A stretch of 64,000 nt of DNA, taken from NCBI GenBank assembly GCA_964035545.1, contig OZ037765.1, forward strand, positions 2,418,001-2,482,000, written 5' to 3'. Below the pieces are notes generated by a model that saw nothing but the letters and a program-made list of their open reading frames with translations, searched no databases and was not told where the DNA came from. The DNA is from Bugula neritina. Lineage: Eukaryota; Animalia; Bryozoa. A program made the translations under genes and the position numbers. Shown piece by piece: positions 1 through 15,000 of the stretch (positions are counted from its first letter, which is position 1; each line of letters starts with the position of its first letter).

Positions 1-93
1 TATCAAATTGTGATATTATATTATTGCATAATGTTATGAAAATAATATAACAGTATAACCAGAGTCCAATAACAATATAAAAAGTGAACAGAC

Positions 94-3000
94 CTCTAAA
101 TTTAGCATGAGTTCTTAGTTGCATTGCCAGTTTGCCGTCTTCTCCGATCCCAACTCGAATGATGTCTACAGAAGCATCTGGTTCCTGCAAGATGTCTACT
201 CCAGTATGGAACTTCACCGAGTCATAGTAGAACGAGAACTCCAGGGTGGTCTGGTGATCCAGAGACACCCAGCCAGCCGGTGCCTTAGCGTATATGTAAG
301 ACACGTGCAGTGGTTGATGTACCGTGACAAAGCTGTTGGAAGCAGACTCGACGTCAAAGTTTCTCGTGACTCGCCCTCCACAGTAATCCACGAGATGCGA
401 CAACTCGTACCAAGCCTCGAATGTCCACCTGCAGGTCACTCTGTTTAAGTGTCTGTATAGTTGAACAGCTTTGTCAACTCTCCCGGGAGGATCAGCTACT
501 CCACTGCTGTAGAAGTCATTGCTGAGAAACCCATTGATCTCCGAGGATGTTGAGATGTCAGACGTATTGGGGAGGTTTGAGCAGAAGTGCTGCTTAGTAA
601 AAGAGGTCTGTGTGAGAAGATAGTCTACGTTATAGATGGGCATTGTAGAGATCAAAGGCAACATGCCGTCTTGGTGCGGGATTTCCACCTTGATGTGGAT
701 CTTATTAGAGGTTGAGGAGCTAGCCTCAGGTTCTACATAGTCTAGAGTCGCTGTGAAGGACTGGGCTCCTAAGGCCCCGTGTGAATTGGGAATTACAGGG
801 TTGGAACAGACACCTCTGGAGTGGACAGCTACACTGGCACTACGTATTGGCACCCCTAAAGTAAACAAAAAAATATAGCAACTTAATAATAATTAGTATA
901 TAAATAAATAATAAATAATTAATTTAATTAAATAGTTGAACAAATTATAAAGACTAGCAAGTGAAAGCTTTAATGAAAAGTAAGCGAATAATAAAATAAA
1001 AAATGGTTGAATATATATATATTATGTAACTGAGCATATTACCTGCATAGTTTAAATACATAAATAGTAGTCATATTGGAAACATATTATATAAAATTTA
1101 AACTCTTTCTGCAGTACTTGATATAAACTTGGTATAATCAGAATGCAATTAGGTGACCATTTGTAATACACAATACATGCAAGCACTTCTGCATGTATCT
1201 TATAATTAAGATAGTTTCATACTTCTTACACACACATTACTGTAAGACGTATAAAGTGAAATAATAAATACTGATCTAAACTGCACCCACACACACCTGT
1301 ATGACCGTCAGGCCGAACTGGAGTCGCGATACATCGCACGTTGAACCCGGCCCTGAAATGAAACGTCTCAAGCAGCTGTGTATCTACTTTGGAGAAGGTC
1401 GTAGCCTGAGAAACCTTGAGATATGCGGAGACTTTACCATTAGACCTCACTGGGTAAGACAACTCCCACCCGTACTGAATTGCAGATGAGTTTATATTAG
1501 AACTTTGGCAAATTTCTTCTGTTTCAGCGTATTGTGGGTAAAGAGGATCACAGGGCTAGAAATAAACACAATGATGTCAGCTATTAAACATCCACCATTT
1601 TTTTGCTGTTGTTCGGTGCATCAAAGATGCTGCAAAGCCATTGCTTTGAAGCCAATCATGTATGAATTTTGTTTATTAAACTACGTTGTGATCAGCTTAG
1701 CAGCCATGACTTCTCAGTGACTTTAGTGAATAGAAACACAGCGACTGAAACGCCAGAAGTGGAGCTTAGTTTACGTCAGCATCAATAAGATTGAACCCCA
1801 ATTTATGGGAGTAAAATTCCACAGGGGTGTATTATATAAGCTTGAGTAATATTTCAATACATCAACATACATTTTCACTTGACAATAAAATATCACTTTA
1901 AGTAAATTGGAATCAGGAAGACCCAAACTTTTCAGTCACACAGAAAGTACAAAGCAACAGAAGTTTTGTGAATAGAACCACAGCATAGAGATCTCTTAGT
2001 GTTGCTTCTTAAGGAGTAAAAAGCAGAATGAAGAGCACTAGATGGAAGGTTCCAGAACTTACAGAGAGACAGATGAGTGGATATCCAGGAGAGACTTCCT
2101 CTACGACGTCACATGACCCGGAATCGTAGTCAGCCAATGAGACGACCTGAAATACACAGTAGACCATATACAATATATACAATGACAATAGTAGACCATA
2201 TAGTATGCAGTGAATGATGGACAGTATCATACAGCACATAACACAAATCCGTTAGATGACCAATTTTAAAGTATTCTAAGATATAATTAGCACAAATAAT
2301 GACAACTGTGTTAGAAGAGCAATAAAACCTGGTGCACCAAATGATTTATTGGTTAAAACATTTGAGAAAAAAAATTATTAGCTTTCTTACAGTGAATTAG
2401 TGTCGTATGACTGTGCATGCATGTGATGATATTGGTAAAGTACAATATACATCACTCTCCATGTTGCATCGTATAATAATATCAAACTAGTCCATTAAAA
2501 CGTGTACTGCAGGTAAATAATATCCTTCTCACACTTACAATGGGTACCGTAGGTAGAACCAGACTGCCCGCCACGTCTGTATCCAGTATATTAATCACAG
2601 CCGAACTGTTTTCACCAGCTGAAACTCCTGCCAGCTCCTCTAAAACTACTACAAAACTCTCATGCCACTCAACTTCCGGGTTGTACAAGATCTCTATATC
2701 CACGAACTTTGACCTTTCACCTAAACAGAAAGGTTAAAGGTATGAATAATGAAGTTGAAGCATAGATATGACTAGAGAATATAAACTAGTCTAAATTTGC
2801 CATGACACAAATTGAGTTAAAAAATATTGACTTGCTACTCAGTCAGCAGTTGTGCCTACGCTAAGCAATTAACAGTTACCTGCGAATAAACCTACAATGC
2901 TTGAGTAATGTAGGTGTGGAGCTAGACTCAGACTATAGATACTATGGCATACAATAAATACACTGTGAGTAACTGTAAGCACTACACAGTTCCACAGAAT

Positions 3001-6000
3001 TCATATGACATGCTGCCTCTCACCTGGCATGAAAGGCAGCACCAGACTCGTAGCCACATAGTCAACTCCCGACATTGCTGACCTATCTCTAGTGCTGACC
3101 CTGGCTGTTGCCGGCTGACTGGCATCCCCTTGACGTCTCACCTTCACCTTAACAGAGGTGTAGTCTGTAAAGGATATTGGCTCTCTGATGCTGTATGATG
3201 AGGACTCAATAGATATCAATGGCTCTACAATAGATACAATAAAGATATTGGAGTTGTGTCCTCTCCATGCATTTATAATAAAAAGATAATGTTTTACAAC
3301 ACAATACAATACCAAGCAACAAAAATGAACAATATTATGAAAAAAAACTGTGTTTAAATAAAATTTATGACCATCAAAAGCAATATATAATTTAATTATA
3401 ATAATAAAGTATTGCAATAAAGCAAGTTTAAACCTAACAAAATATGGCAAAGAAAAAATTACAAAATTCACTAATAAATTTTGAGCATGATAAAATATTA
3501 GGAACAAACCATCTTCGGCATCTTCTATGTTGAGAAGTGTTACATCAAGATCTCCTGTCATAGCCCCACATCCTTCAGGTTCAGCGAGTCTTAGGAGGAG
3601 AAACTCTGACGTCTCGTATATTTCATCATCAATAATTTCCAGATCACACGCTGCAGAGGTTTCACCAGCCAGCAGTTCAACACGAGACTCGTTGGTTAAC
3701 GGCTGAAAGTGCATAGAATATCAGTTTCATAAGCATTCACTCTGTGCATAATTCTATGTTTTACAACTTGTAACATAAAATGAATATGCATGTATTTAAC
3801 AAATTACAAACAACTGAAAAATATTTGCAATGTGTTATATTTTGCCCAAAAGTAAATTGCATGTTTTCAAAGTATTGTAGCAATTCTGTGTGAAAATATA
3901 GCACATTTATGGTGTAAATAAGTACCAGTCTTCATTGCTCATGTCTATGCAGCATGTTACAGGTATTATTATACTTAATGCTTTCTAGCTTATCTTATGT
4001 TGCTAAATGTTGCAAATATTTACCCAGTTGGTTAGCACAAAGCTTCATGTTTCAATTTGATGATGAGAAACATAAATATAAGGACAGTGAAGTGTGTCCG
4101 GTAATTTGATTCAATTTTTGAATTGCAATAAACTTTTGTCTATTATTTATACATACACTACATAATACTCACACTTTGCAGAGTTGTCTTCTTTTACAAA
4201 CCACAAGCAGATTAATTTAGTTTGGTTACACAAAAACAAATTATAATAGCAATTTTACTTTCAAGTAACATTAACAGCAGATCATACTTTATTATTTAAT
4301 ACTGGAAAATCAAACAAAAATCAGAAATCTACACTTAAAAATTTATATTTGCCTTTTATATTCATATCAACCCTTTTGCAATACAATGCAATGCGTCTGT
4401 ATGACACACTACATATAAACCCTTTCCTTCTATGATACACTATATATACGAACCCTTTCCTGGTAGTCTGCCATAACAGACGCTGTTTGCTGCCGAGTAT
4501 AGCAGATGACAGACACGGTACAGCTGACGTCACCAGTTCTAACTATAGGCATTGAGATCTTACCATCCTTCTCATCTACAGTGTACTTGGCCGTCTCAAA
4601 ACTCAGTAGAGGTACTGGAAACATAAACAAAGACACAATATATACCGGAGTGGTGAGATAATAGAAAGTAATAAACTGTTTATATAATGTGAAGGAAATA
4701 ACATGTTAGGAGAGTTGGTGCTGTGAGACGTTAACTTGTGGTGATGGTATCTTATTTCATAACCTCAGAGAAAAACTAATTCTAATAAATTCTACAATAA
4801 AATGCATTGCTGAAATATATAATACAGTAATGACATTATGACTTTTAAAATAATATCCAACACTCATTATTTTATTTTTGATATTTAAAAATAATTACTA
4901 AGATTTCCCTCTCCTGAGGTTTAAGATCTAGTGCTCCTGTTGCATCTATTATTATGATGGAAAAAACTAGATTACCAAATATATATTTTAAAAGCCTGTT
5001 TTGAACAGACAACTCCTAGTATTCTCATAAAAATCATCAACATGTATATTGTAATCATATTGTAGAACTTGACTGACCTTGAAAATGTTTAAGAAACTAA
5101 ATAGAAATATATTTTTTTAATTTTTCAACGTATAACTATCTGATACTAAATATACTAAAAATATTTTTCAAACTTTTCGATGTATGAACATTTGATACTG
5201 AACATATGGTGAACCGATCACTTCAATATACACTATAGAGCCCACATTCTAGAATCTTCAGTCTACAGAATGTGAACTTACCGTCTAAATCTGAGTCATC
5301 GATATTTATAACAGTAGCAGACGGTTCAGTCACAATAGACCGAGAATCTGCAGATATGATAGTAACTACGAACTTCTCTACACCCTCCCTTCTTGGCTCG
5401 GCAACATCGTCTATTATTATGATTTCGCATAACTAAAAGATTGAGAGAACATTCTACTAAAATTGTGTAAATATAAAAAGCTGAGATAAAATTTTGTGTA
5501 AAATATAAATTTAACATATCAATTGCAATTCACTCTATATAAAATGTTGAACAGATTTTTTTATCGGATACACAAAAATTGAAGAGTGATATAGAATGTT
5601 AAAGGTTTTACCTATTATAAATAAATAAACTAATGAAAACACCTAAATTTATTTAACAAGACTAATAGTTTCAATTTCCATAAAACAAAGCATATTTCCT
5701 AACCCACCTAATATTGTGAAAGTTGAATTTGAAATGAATGGATTTTCTTGTTAAACACAACTAAAAGGTTCTACTAAAATAAAAGTGCATAAAGCAACCT
5801 GTACAAACATACGCTGTCTACTTACAGCTTTACGCTGTCCAGCATCAAATAAGATTTTCCGAGATATTGGAACATAATCCTCACTAGGGGTCGCTGCCTG
5901 CGAGCTCTGCGACAGCATCTTAGTCGTACACCAGACGCTGGAGGGGCGACTCAAATCCAGCCCTGTTCTGACAATCTCTACAAACGCTGACTCTTCGTCT

Positions 6001-9000
6001 TCAAAGACAGCCAGCTCTGTGGCTGCCATGTGAATTGTTGATACTGAAATAAATGGAACTGCTGTCAAAGAACTTAATCTTTATAAAATTAATAGATGCT
6101 TGATTCTGCAAATATATATACGGTATGCTGGACTTTTGCGTCATTAGAAAGTGTGAAACTAGCTGATTCTAACTGATATATGTCCACTTATTATGCAATG
6201 TAGGGAGAGCCAGGAAGTACTATCAATGTATTACATAGTGCAGCCATAGAGAACTGTTACTTCCTTATTAAACAAAACTTATTGTCTGATACACATATTT
6301 CTGTGCCAGAAAAACCAGTGCAGACAAGGGATAATGATGGCCAATTCAACATTTACAAGCACTAAAACAGGTGACACAGAGAGAGACCAACTACACCATA
6401 ATCTACAATCGTGTCAGCATGTAGTAGCAATCTTACCATCATTAGGGCCGTCTATAATCACTGTAGCCTTAGTTTGTTGCTTTAGTTCAGCTGGGGGAGA
6501 CGGGGAGCTGAGCACCACCTCAAACTGCTCTTTCACCTCATACAGTGTGTCATCTAGTATCTAAACAAGTATTAAACTTTCTTACTCTTACTCTACTGTT
6601 TTGTGGCTAACAACTACAGCATAGAAAATTTTGCATACAAAAATTTGTCACCAATTCATCAATCAAACTGCGTTTTTTTAGTCATTTAATGATGTTAATT
6701 ATTTGAGAAACACAGCTGACAGAGTGGTGACAAATCATAAAAAAATTTATTAGAAAACTATACAAACTACTACCAACTTACTTGAATGTTACAATTGGCA
6801 AACTGCGTCTTCTTTAGTCATTCAAACATGTTAATTAGTTGAGCAGCACAACTAAAAGAGTAGGAATAAAAAGAACATTATTATGTTAGAAAACTTACTC
6901 GAATGTTACAACTGGCAATTGCCTCCCCTGCTTCAAACTTCACAGCGTAGTCATTCCTGCTGATGTAGTCTGTACCAGAGAGAAGATGATTTCCTTCACT
7001 ACCAATAGCCGTCTGCGAGGTAGTCGTACACAGCACTGTGATAGGCTGAGACAGATCTCCTGACCTAATTATAGGCACGTTGGCAGAGCCCACCGACTCA
7101 TTGACAATGAGCTCTCTTTCACGAAACTCAATCAATGGCACTATAATGGAGAGAGAGAGAGAGAGTAGAACTCAATGTATTTATTAGGTTGTTTTAAAAT
7201 GGAATCAAGTAGTTTTCTGAAGCTGCAAGGATGACTATCAATTTAAACTTGAGTCATTACGGCATCAAATACATAAATGATAAATATACTAAATTCAGAA
7301 AATAAATGTGCTAAAAATATTTATATATATGAATAATTTAAAGTAAAGTAAACACAAATACCAAATTAACCCTATTTTCTTTTGGTATTTAAATAAACAA
7401 CTTACAATCTTCTAAGTCAGTGAGTCTGATTGGCACGGATGAGTCATCAGCCATCAGAGTCTTCACAGGAGAAGATAACTTTAAAACAAAATCTTCAACT
7501 CCTTCATACACGGTATTATTCACTATAGATAATCTACATGCTGAAGTTGTGTGCCCTTTCTCAAACTGTATTTGAGGTGTGAGTACAGTGATGTCACTAG
7601 AGTAATGTTCATCTCCCATTGATCTCTCCAACTCACACTTCAATGTTGAATACTGAAAACATACAAGTATGTCTATAAGAATAAACAGATGTTGAGGTGA
7701 TACTGATACAGTGTGATTACAACATACTAGCCAAAAGCTAATTGATGTCATGATAATGTAGTGATTGTATGTACAGTGGTGTTGGAGCAATAAATTAGCA
7801 ATAATCCAGTTATATGTAAAGGTAGTGTAGAGATAATGAAATGGTGATGCAGTGGTAAGGTCGTATTAATAGTGTGATAATGTAGTATTGACATAGTAAT
7901 AATGAAAGGATAATGTAGTGATAAATTCGTAATTTAATGCAGTAACAAATTAGTAATAATGAAGTGACAAATTAGTAATAATGCAGTAATAAATTAGTAA
8001 TAATGTAGTAATAAATTAGTAATAATGTAGTGACAAATTAGTAATAATGTAGTAATAAATTAGTTATAATGTAGTGACAAATTAGTAATAATACAGTATT
8101 GATGTAATGATGATGTAGTGATGGTGTAGCAGATTATAGGCAGTGTTGGAAGTTCATTGCAAGTAAGAAAAACAACTATGACGAAGCCTGTGCATTTTAG
8201 AAAAAAAAATAGTACTAACCTCTTGCAGTGACCCAGTTCGACGTACGGGCACCTCGATAGTCCCAGCCATCTCTTCAGCTGTTATATTGTTGGTACTGAG
8301 ACTAACATAGCTCCAGGCTATATTGAACATTACATTATTAACAGTATTGGGCTTCGAGTCAAAGACGCTGAACTCGAAGTCATCGCGAGTATCAGTGACA
8401 TCATCAGACATCGTGTATACAATGAGTCCGTTGGTAACATCATCTGAAATTAGGAATAAGAAGTCAGTAAATAAGTGGATGATCTTGAAGGTCACAATCT
8501 TGTAGTAAAATGGCTAATTGCAACACAAAACCTTGATTCCTTAGTGATGCAATCGCAATGAAGCAAAGTAATGTAAAAATAATCTATAAACAGAAATACA
8601 ACTGGAAACTTGAAAATCACACTTAAAATTATTTTTCTATGCCAGGGTGGTAAGAGATGAATAAGACCATTGCAAACCAATCACAAATTGTGATTTAAAA
8701 AAAATGAACTCCACGTAACTTGGCATGACATAAGGATTTTACTTTTTCATCATAACTTTGTCAGCTAAGTAGTAAACTAGACATCAAATTTATTGAAAAC
8801 GTACACAATCGAGTCACAAATAATTCACAGATACCAACAAAGTTGAAACATCAAACATTTTGATGAAACTCAAACTGAATAAAATAAACTTTGATCTTCA
8901 TTACTTCTTTGAACTACAGCATTTTTGCACGGAAATGAAAACATTCAAAAAATGAGTAAAAAGTTGTCACATTGACTCGTGAACACATCCCCATTATAGC

Positions 9001-12000
9001 ATTGACTTGCGACATACCCTGAGTGAACTGTGATACAGTTGTCCCATCTGGTAATCTCGATAGGATTCCATATTTGGGGATACGAGTTACTTTAATTACT
9101 ATTTGCTCTTCTTTAGTATCAGCATCTTCTATTTTTAGTTGTCGGCCGGTAATTTTAGCCACGTGCTAAAATATACAAACAGCACTAGCACCAACAAACA
9201 ACTATATCAACGCTATAATTTTTAAATTATAAATTGAGGTTTTAAAAGTTTTTTTAATTCAAAGTGAATTCGAATTTTAAGCAAAATCGATTAAACATAT
9301 TTAATTTTAGAAGACAAAATACTATTTCATTTATGCATAATGTAAATGACATCAAAAGAGGTTTGCATAATAAAATTATTAGCAAATAGAAATAACAATA
9401 AGGTGGTGATACCTTTCCATGCTGATCAGTTTCTAAAAATCGAATTCCTGTGTTTCTAACAATCCTAGGTATTTGATCATCCAGGAGTTGAATGGTTATT
9501 TCCAGTGTCTAAAAAGTATAGCAATAACTTAAACACAAAGTAGCACAGCTGGTGTTCCAATTGATTGTAGATATATATGGGGTTTCAAAGTTCAAAAGAG
9601 AGGGCAACTCCAGCAAAAACTGAGTATACTATCTTTATTGCTAGCCAAATTTTAGTTTTTCTTGTTTCAGATCAAAATATTTTAAAAGTTGAAAGGAGTG
9701 AATCATTAAGTTTCAGTTTAAATTTGTGACAAGAAACGTACAAAATTTATTGATGGCAATAATTTAAAAAAGTATAGGCTACAACTACAGTCGTAATTTA
9801 AAATACTTCATCTTAATTCCTTTACAAATACAAGAAATAATGCATACCAAAGGAGAAGTGGTCTTGATTAGCTCTCCATCACGCTCAATATAAAACTCCT
9901 TATTTGATTGGTCTGTGACGACAAAGGTAAACCAATCAGAGCTACTCTCAGTGTTGTCATGACGATAGGATACTGCGCCATTGTATATGTCCGCCATTGT
10001 GAATATTGTGCAGGCAGCATCAACTTCCTCTCCATCTCTAGTTAGGATTATGCTACCATGAGTAGGCGGAGCTAACAAGGTTATCAGCAAAGACTCCTCC
10101 TACAAAACATGTCAATCAAAAAATAGGCTTACTCCTACAGAGAACTCCAAAACACAACATGTATCCTTATACAGAAAACACTGTTTTATATAACATGTTT
10201 TAGAAAAATTTAATAATTAGGTAAACAAAAAAGCATTGATCAGTTGCAGTAAATGAAGAATTAGTTATTATTGTAAAGGTCCCTCCTTTGATTTTAGATG
10301 TCAAGGACACTGACTTACAGCTGTGTCGTTGTCTGCAATTTTGATCTCAAACTCGGTGATTTCTTTATCCTGCCCTTCCGCAGCAAAGAGTTTGCCGATA
10401 GTAGCCACAGGAAGTGAGTCATCAACCTGAATAAATCTCACCCGGAACGACTGGGTGACCTAGAAAATATTTCTAGATTTGTCACATTTTCATTGGTTAT
10501 ACAGATATGTCTTAAGCAACAAACTACTTACAAGCACAAAGAGAAAGAGAAGATAACTTACATTATTAAACCCATCGGATGCTGTAAATTTGAAGGAATC
10601 GCCAACAGCCTCTTTTTCAGATTCGTGTACATAAAAGATTCTGTTGGCAACAATATCCGTCATCTTGAAACTTTCTATAGGATACGCTGTCACAAAATAG
10701 ATGAAATTAGTATCAAAATGTAACTCAAACTAAAGCATACGAGTGCTTCTATATATCGAGCTTCAGTTTTGGGCTATACAACATGTAATAAAAACAGTAA
10801 ATAAAGATCCCCAATTTTCAGAGAGGTTTGTATAAATTATAAACCCTCATTATAATAATTACTAAACCATCTTTTGATTACTGCTAGCACAGATGTTAGA
10901 CACTACCTGGTCATCAGGCAACACAGCCAACCACCTCAAACCTCTCTAAAAACCCATAGGTTTAGACGTACTCTACTCTAATACAAAGGCAACAAACCTT
11001 TGGTAAGGTGAAAAGGCTAATCTAACTTTAAACCGAAAAAGTTGAGTAAAGATCAACAAACCTGGACAATGGAATATTATAGAAGCTGACAACACTATTC
11101 CTCACCTTTCATGTGATCATCTTCTAAAACAATGCTACCAAACTCTGGTGAGACATCAATGTAGACAATGAGATCTTCAGCCATAGGTCCTTCGTCAGTT
11201 ATGTATAAGTGAGAGGTGGTGATTGGTGCAAAGCCATCTTCCCGCACGGAGAGAGGAGAGTTTACCCTCACAACTGGCACGGAGTTGTCAGCTAATGGGA
11301 CAATATTACTTCATTATTTTATACACAATATTGAGTATTAGGTAGAAATAATATACCATCACATGGTGACTGAAATATCTCTCTCTTCCTTCCTGCCTCC
11401 CCCTTTCCCTATTAATTTATCTCGTCAATAAACTAACAGCTTACCCATGGCTCAAAGGTCACCTGCTCTTTTAATAACATTAGAAAGCTTGAGCTTTCTT
11501 AAATTCATTTAGCTTGAATACATGTTTGTTATAGAATATATCCCGTGATGTCCCAAGACTGCTTTGTGCAGAGTTTAATGATGTCATAATAACATTTTTG
11601 ACACTTTTTAAAACTTTGCAAAGTATAGAACACAGGCTAAATTCAGCAAGTTTCACATTTTCAAGTAAGTTTATGAAAATACCAGATAGCAGAAAAACTT
11701 AAAATAAAGAAAAATAAATAAATAGTTTGAAGTAGACCACAATGAAACTTGAGCATTTAAACACAAAATATACTTATAGTCTTCAGTTACATTTCACCAA
11801 CCTAGTAGATCAATGTAGAGCACTTGTCCAATCAGACGATTATCATTGAGGTCTACGACATCAAACTTGAAGAAGTCAAAGCCTCCCTCATTGATGTCTT
11901 TTGTGTTTCTATACTTGATGACACCTACAGGACAAATGGTATCATAGTAAGTGTCAACCTCTGATACCTGCTATAGAGAATTGAGCACAAAGGGTACAAT

Positions 12001-15000
12001 AATACCTAGTAACCAGCATTAAGTAGGCAGCGCAAATAAATGAAACAAATGCTAAAATGAAAGTTAAAGCTAAAATACAACTGAATGTAAATGCAAAAAA
12101 CAGCACTGTTAAAGGTTTTATGTAGTTCTCTAAGTGAGAGAACCTACCTTCTCTAAGATCTACAGGTGTAAACAGTGAAATATTCTGTTCTGAGCCATTA
12201 TTACTTGAAGGCATGTAGAGAATGCCTCTGTGCACAGGTTGCGTGATGATGAATATCAACATCTCATCATCTGAGTCTATATCGGTAGCATAGAGCACTG
12301 AACTGTCCAGTACAATCTCTCCTCCAGCCTACAAGAGTCTGTACTATTAGCTTTAAAGCAACCTAGCTTAAAAAAAATTGTGGTTTTATTGTATTTATTA
12401 GCATAAAACTAGTACCTCTGGAAAACAACATTTATGGCTTATTTAAAAATAACTAGATTGTGTTTTAATTTTTCAAAGAACGAAAGTTAATATGAAAAAT
12501 ATCAAAGCACTTTATTTTGCTGCAAAATTAAGCAATTTATATTTGCCTCTTTTAATCAAACTTTGCTATAAAATTTCCTAAAAGACTCCGACACAGTATA
12601 TTTTCTTTACAAGGATGAGATTAGGCAGATAAGTGAACAACTTTGCTTATCTAATGTCAACTTTCCAAGACAAACTATGAGCTGAAACTCAATGCATTAC
12701 TTTGATCCTCAGTCCGTCATTGATTTTGATTCTCGGAGTCTCATCGTCGAGAAGAGCGATGTCTACAGACACACTCTTGATGTCTTCGTGCATTCCGTCA
12801 GACACAACGACGGTGAATGCATCCTGGGATACATCCTCTCTGCCGTGATGTGAGTAGAAAATCTCTCCATCTAGAATGTTCTACAAAACAAAAAGATAAT
12901 CCAGTTTAATGTTTTTATTTAAATATTGAATAAAAATACTACAAATTTTGGGATCATAGTGGGTATTTTGATGAAATTGTAAAATCCATGAGAATCAATT
13001 GTGAAGTTATTATTAGAAAAAGCATTTGTTGTGGCAATTTAGATCATTAAATGGTATGTTTTTTTCATAAAGCATCACAAAAAATATAACTGAAGGCAAA
13101 AGGTGTAATATTATATCATATATGTAAGATGTGTTTTCATTTTATTAAGCATGGCCTTGTGTCAAGTAAACAGAGCTGAAAAAACAATGAAGACGTAAAC
13201 ATAATGTCATCGCGGAATATTTGTTTATTTTTCCCATCATAGATTATGCGAGTAACAGAGTTGAAGTTACAGATTCTTACCTCCATAGTAAAAGAGTCTC
13301 CTGTGCGAATAATCGTTCCATTGTGCGTCTGCAGATTTCCTTCCCTCGGAATTCTGGTGACGGTGAAGACATGCGAGGCAGCGGAACTGGCATCAAACTC
13401 GCTGTCTATGTCGTTGACGTAGAGACTGCTGTTTGTGATAGCTGCAGTTTCACCCTCCTCAATGAACACCGTGCCCGACACTATGACTGGTGGCTCATCA
13501 TTCTCAGGCTAAAATATATGATATAGTAATATATAGCAGAGTAATATAATATATAGTAATATATTAGAGTTAAATATAATATTACATAGTAATATATAAT
13601 AGAGTGAACAAATATATTGCGAATAAAATATTATATAGTTGACTGCAATATAAAATATAATGTAGTATATAATACAATAGAAATAAAGATGAATAATATA
13701 ACAGAATTAACAAAGATATATAAAACAATAATATATACTACAATAGGAGATATATATCATACAGTGATGGTGATGTTAAATCTTTCCACAGGAGAGATAT
13801 TTTCACCGTCACTCATGTGGAACCAGAAGAAGTCACTTCTTGGTTCAGTTCGCTCGTGATCCGTCTGATCGTAGTACACAATTCCCGCATAAAGATCGCT
13901 CAGCAGAAACATGTGAACCTGGCTCTGTCTTATTCCACTCTCTAGTCCGTCTGCGAAGAAATTAGAACTCAAATTTATGAGAATATAATAAAGTTTAATT
14001 AAAACCAAATCAACATAAATTCATCAACAATATTTAAAGCGTACAACAGTTAATCTAGTAGACACGTACCTGAAGTTATGATTTTCAAAGTGCCAAGAGT
14101 GGGGACAGCGTTAACTACAACCATCAAATTAGTGAGTATACTGTCAGGATCTTGGGCTGAGATGTGAGTCTTAGTCAGCTGCTTGCGCCTCCCCTCCTCC
14201 ACCTAAATTCACATGAGTGTGGACATCAGGCTATGTTATTACTCACATGATACTATACCAGTCTTGGAAGAATAACTCCACAAAAATTTATTGAAACAAC
14301 TTCAGTTTACTATTGCAAATATTTTCAGTTTATAAAAATAATATAAAATCTACAGCTTAAATTTATTAAACAATATAATTTAAACTTTAAACCTTACATT
14401 CACACTTAAAACACAAAAAAACTGAATTTGTAAAAATTGAGACTTTATCAGCACATTTGCTTTCAGTAAAGAGTTGACTAGGTATAATAAGTTGCTTAAT
14501 AAACAACTTTATGACAGAACTTTAATGATAAAACGGATAATTAAAATAAAATCAAATAAAATGATTGAGCTTCTGCTATAAAACCGAGATTTTTTTTATT
14601 TTTCATTGTTTTACAAATTGATAATACAATTTCAAAATACAAAGTAAGTATCGTAATTGAAAAGGCATTACTAAAGTCTGTTCAACTCACCACCAGATCA
14701 GATCCTATAGTAACAATTGGAGGATGATTGTCTGTGGCCATAATAGACACTGTGAACGGCTGCATGGCGGCCATATTGCCCAGTGTGTCACTCACATTCA
14801 AGTAGATCGTATCCATGATCTCAATATTCCCAAGTTCATTGAAAGCTTGATAACTGAAAAACAAATAAAACTACCACATTGAAATATCGAACAAAGCTTT
14901 CTAGAAACTTAATTTTTTCTAGAGCATGAAAGCATGAGAAGATTCTAGAACATAGACTATAGGAAATCACCTGATGTATCGGGAGACTAGTGCCGTGTGA

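Noticed and set aside
119-448. + strand 109-aa ORF, and similar + ORFs over FRAS1, USP39 and TCTN2 exons
   Set aside because: Antisense shadows of real - strand exons.
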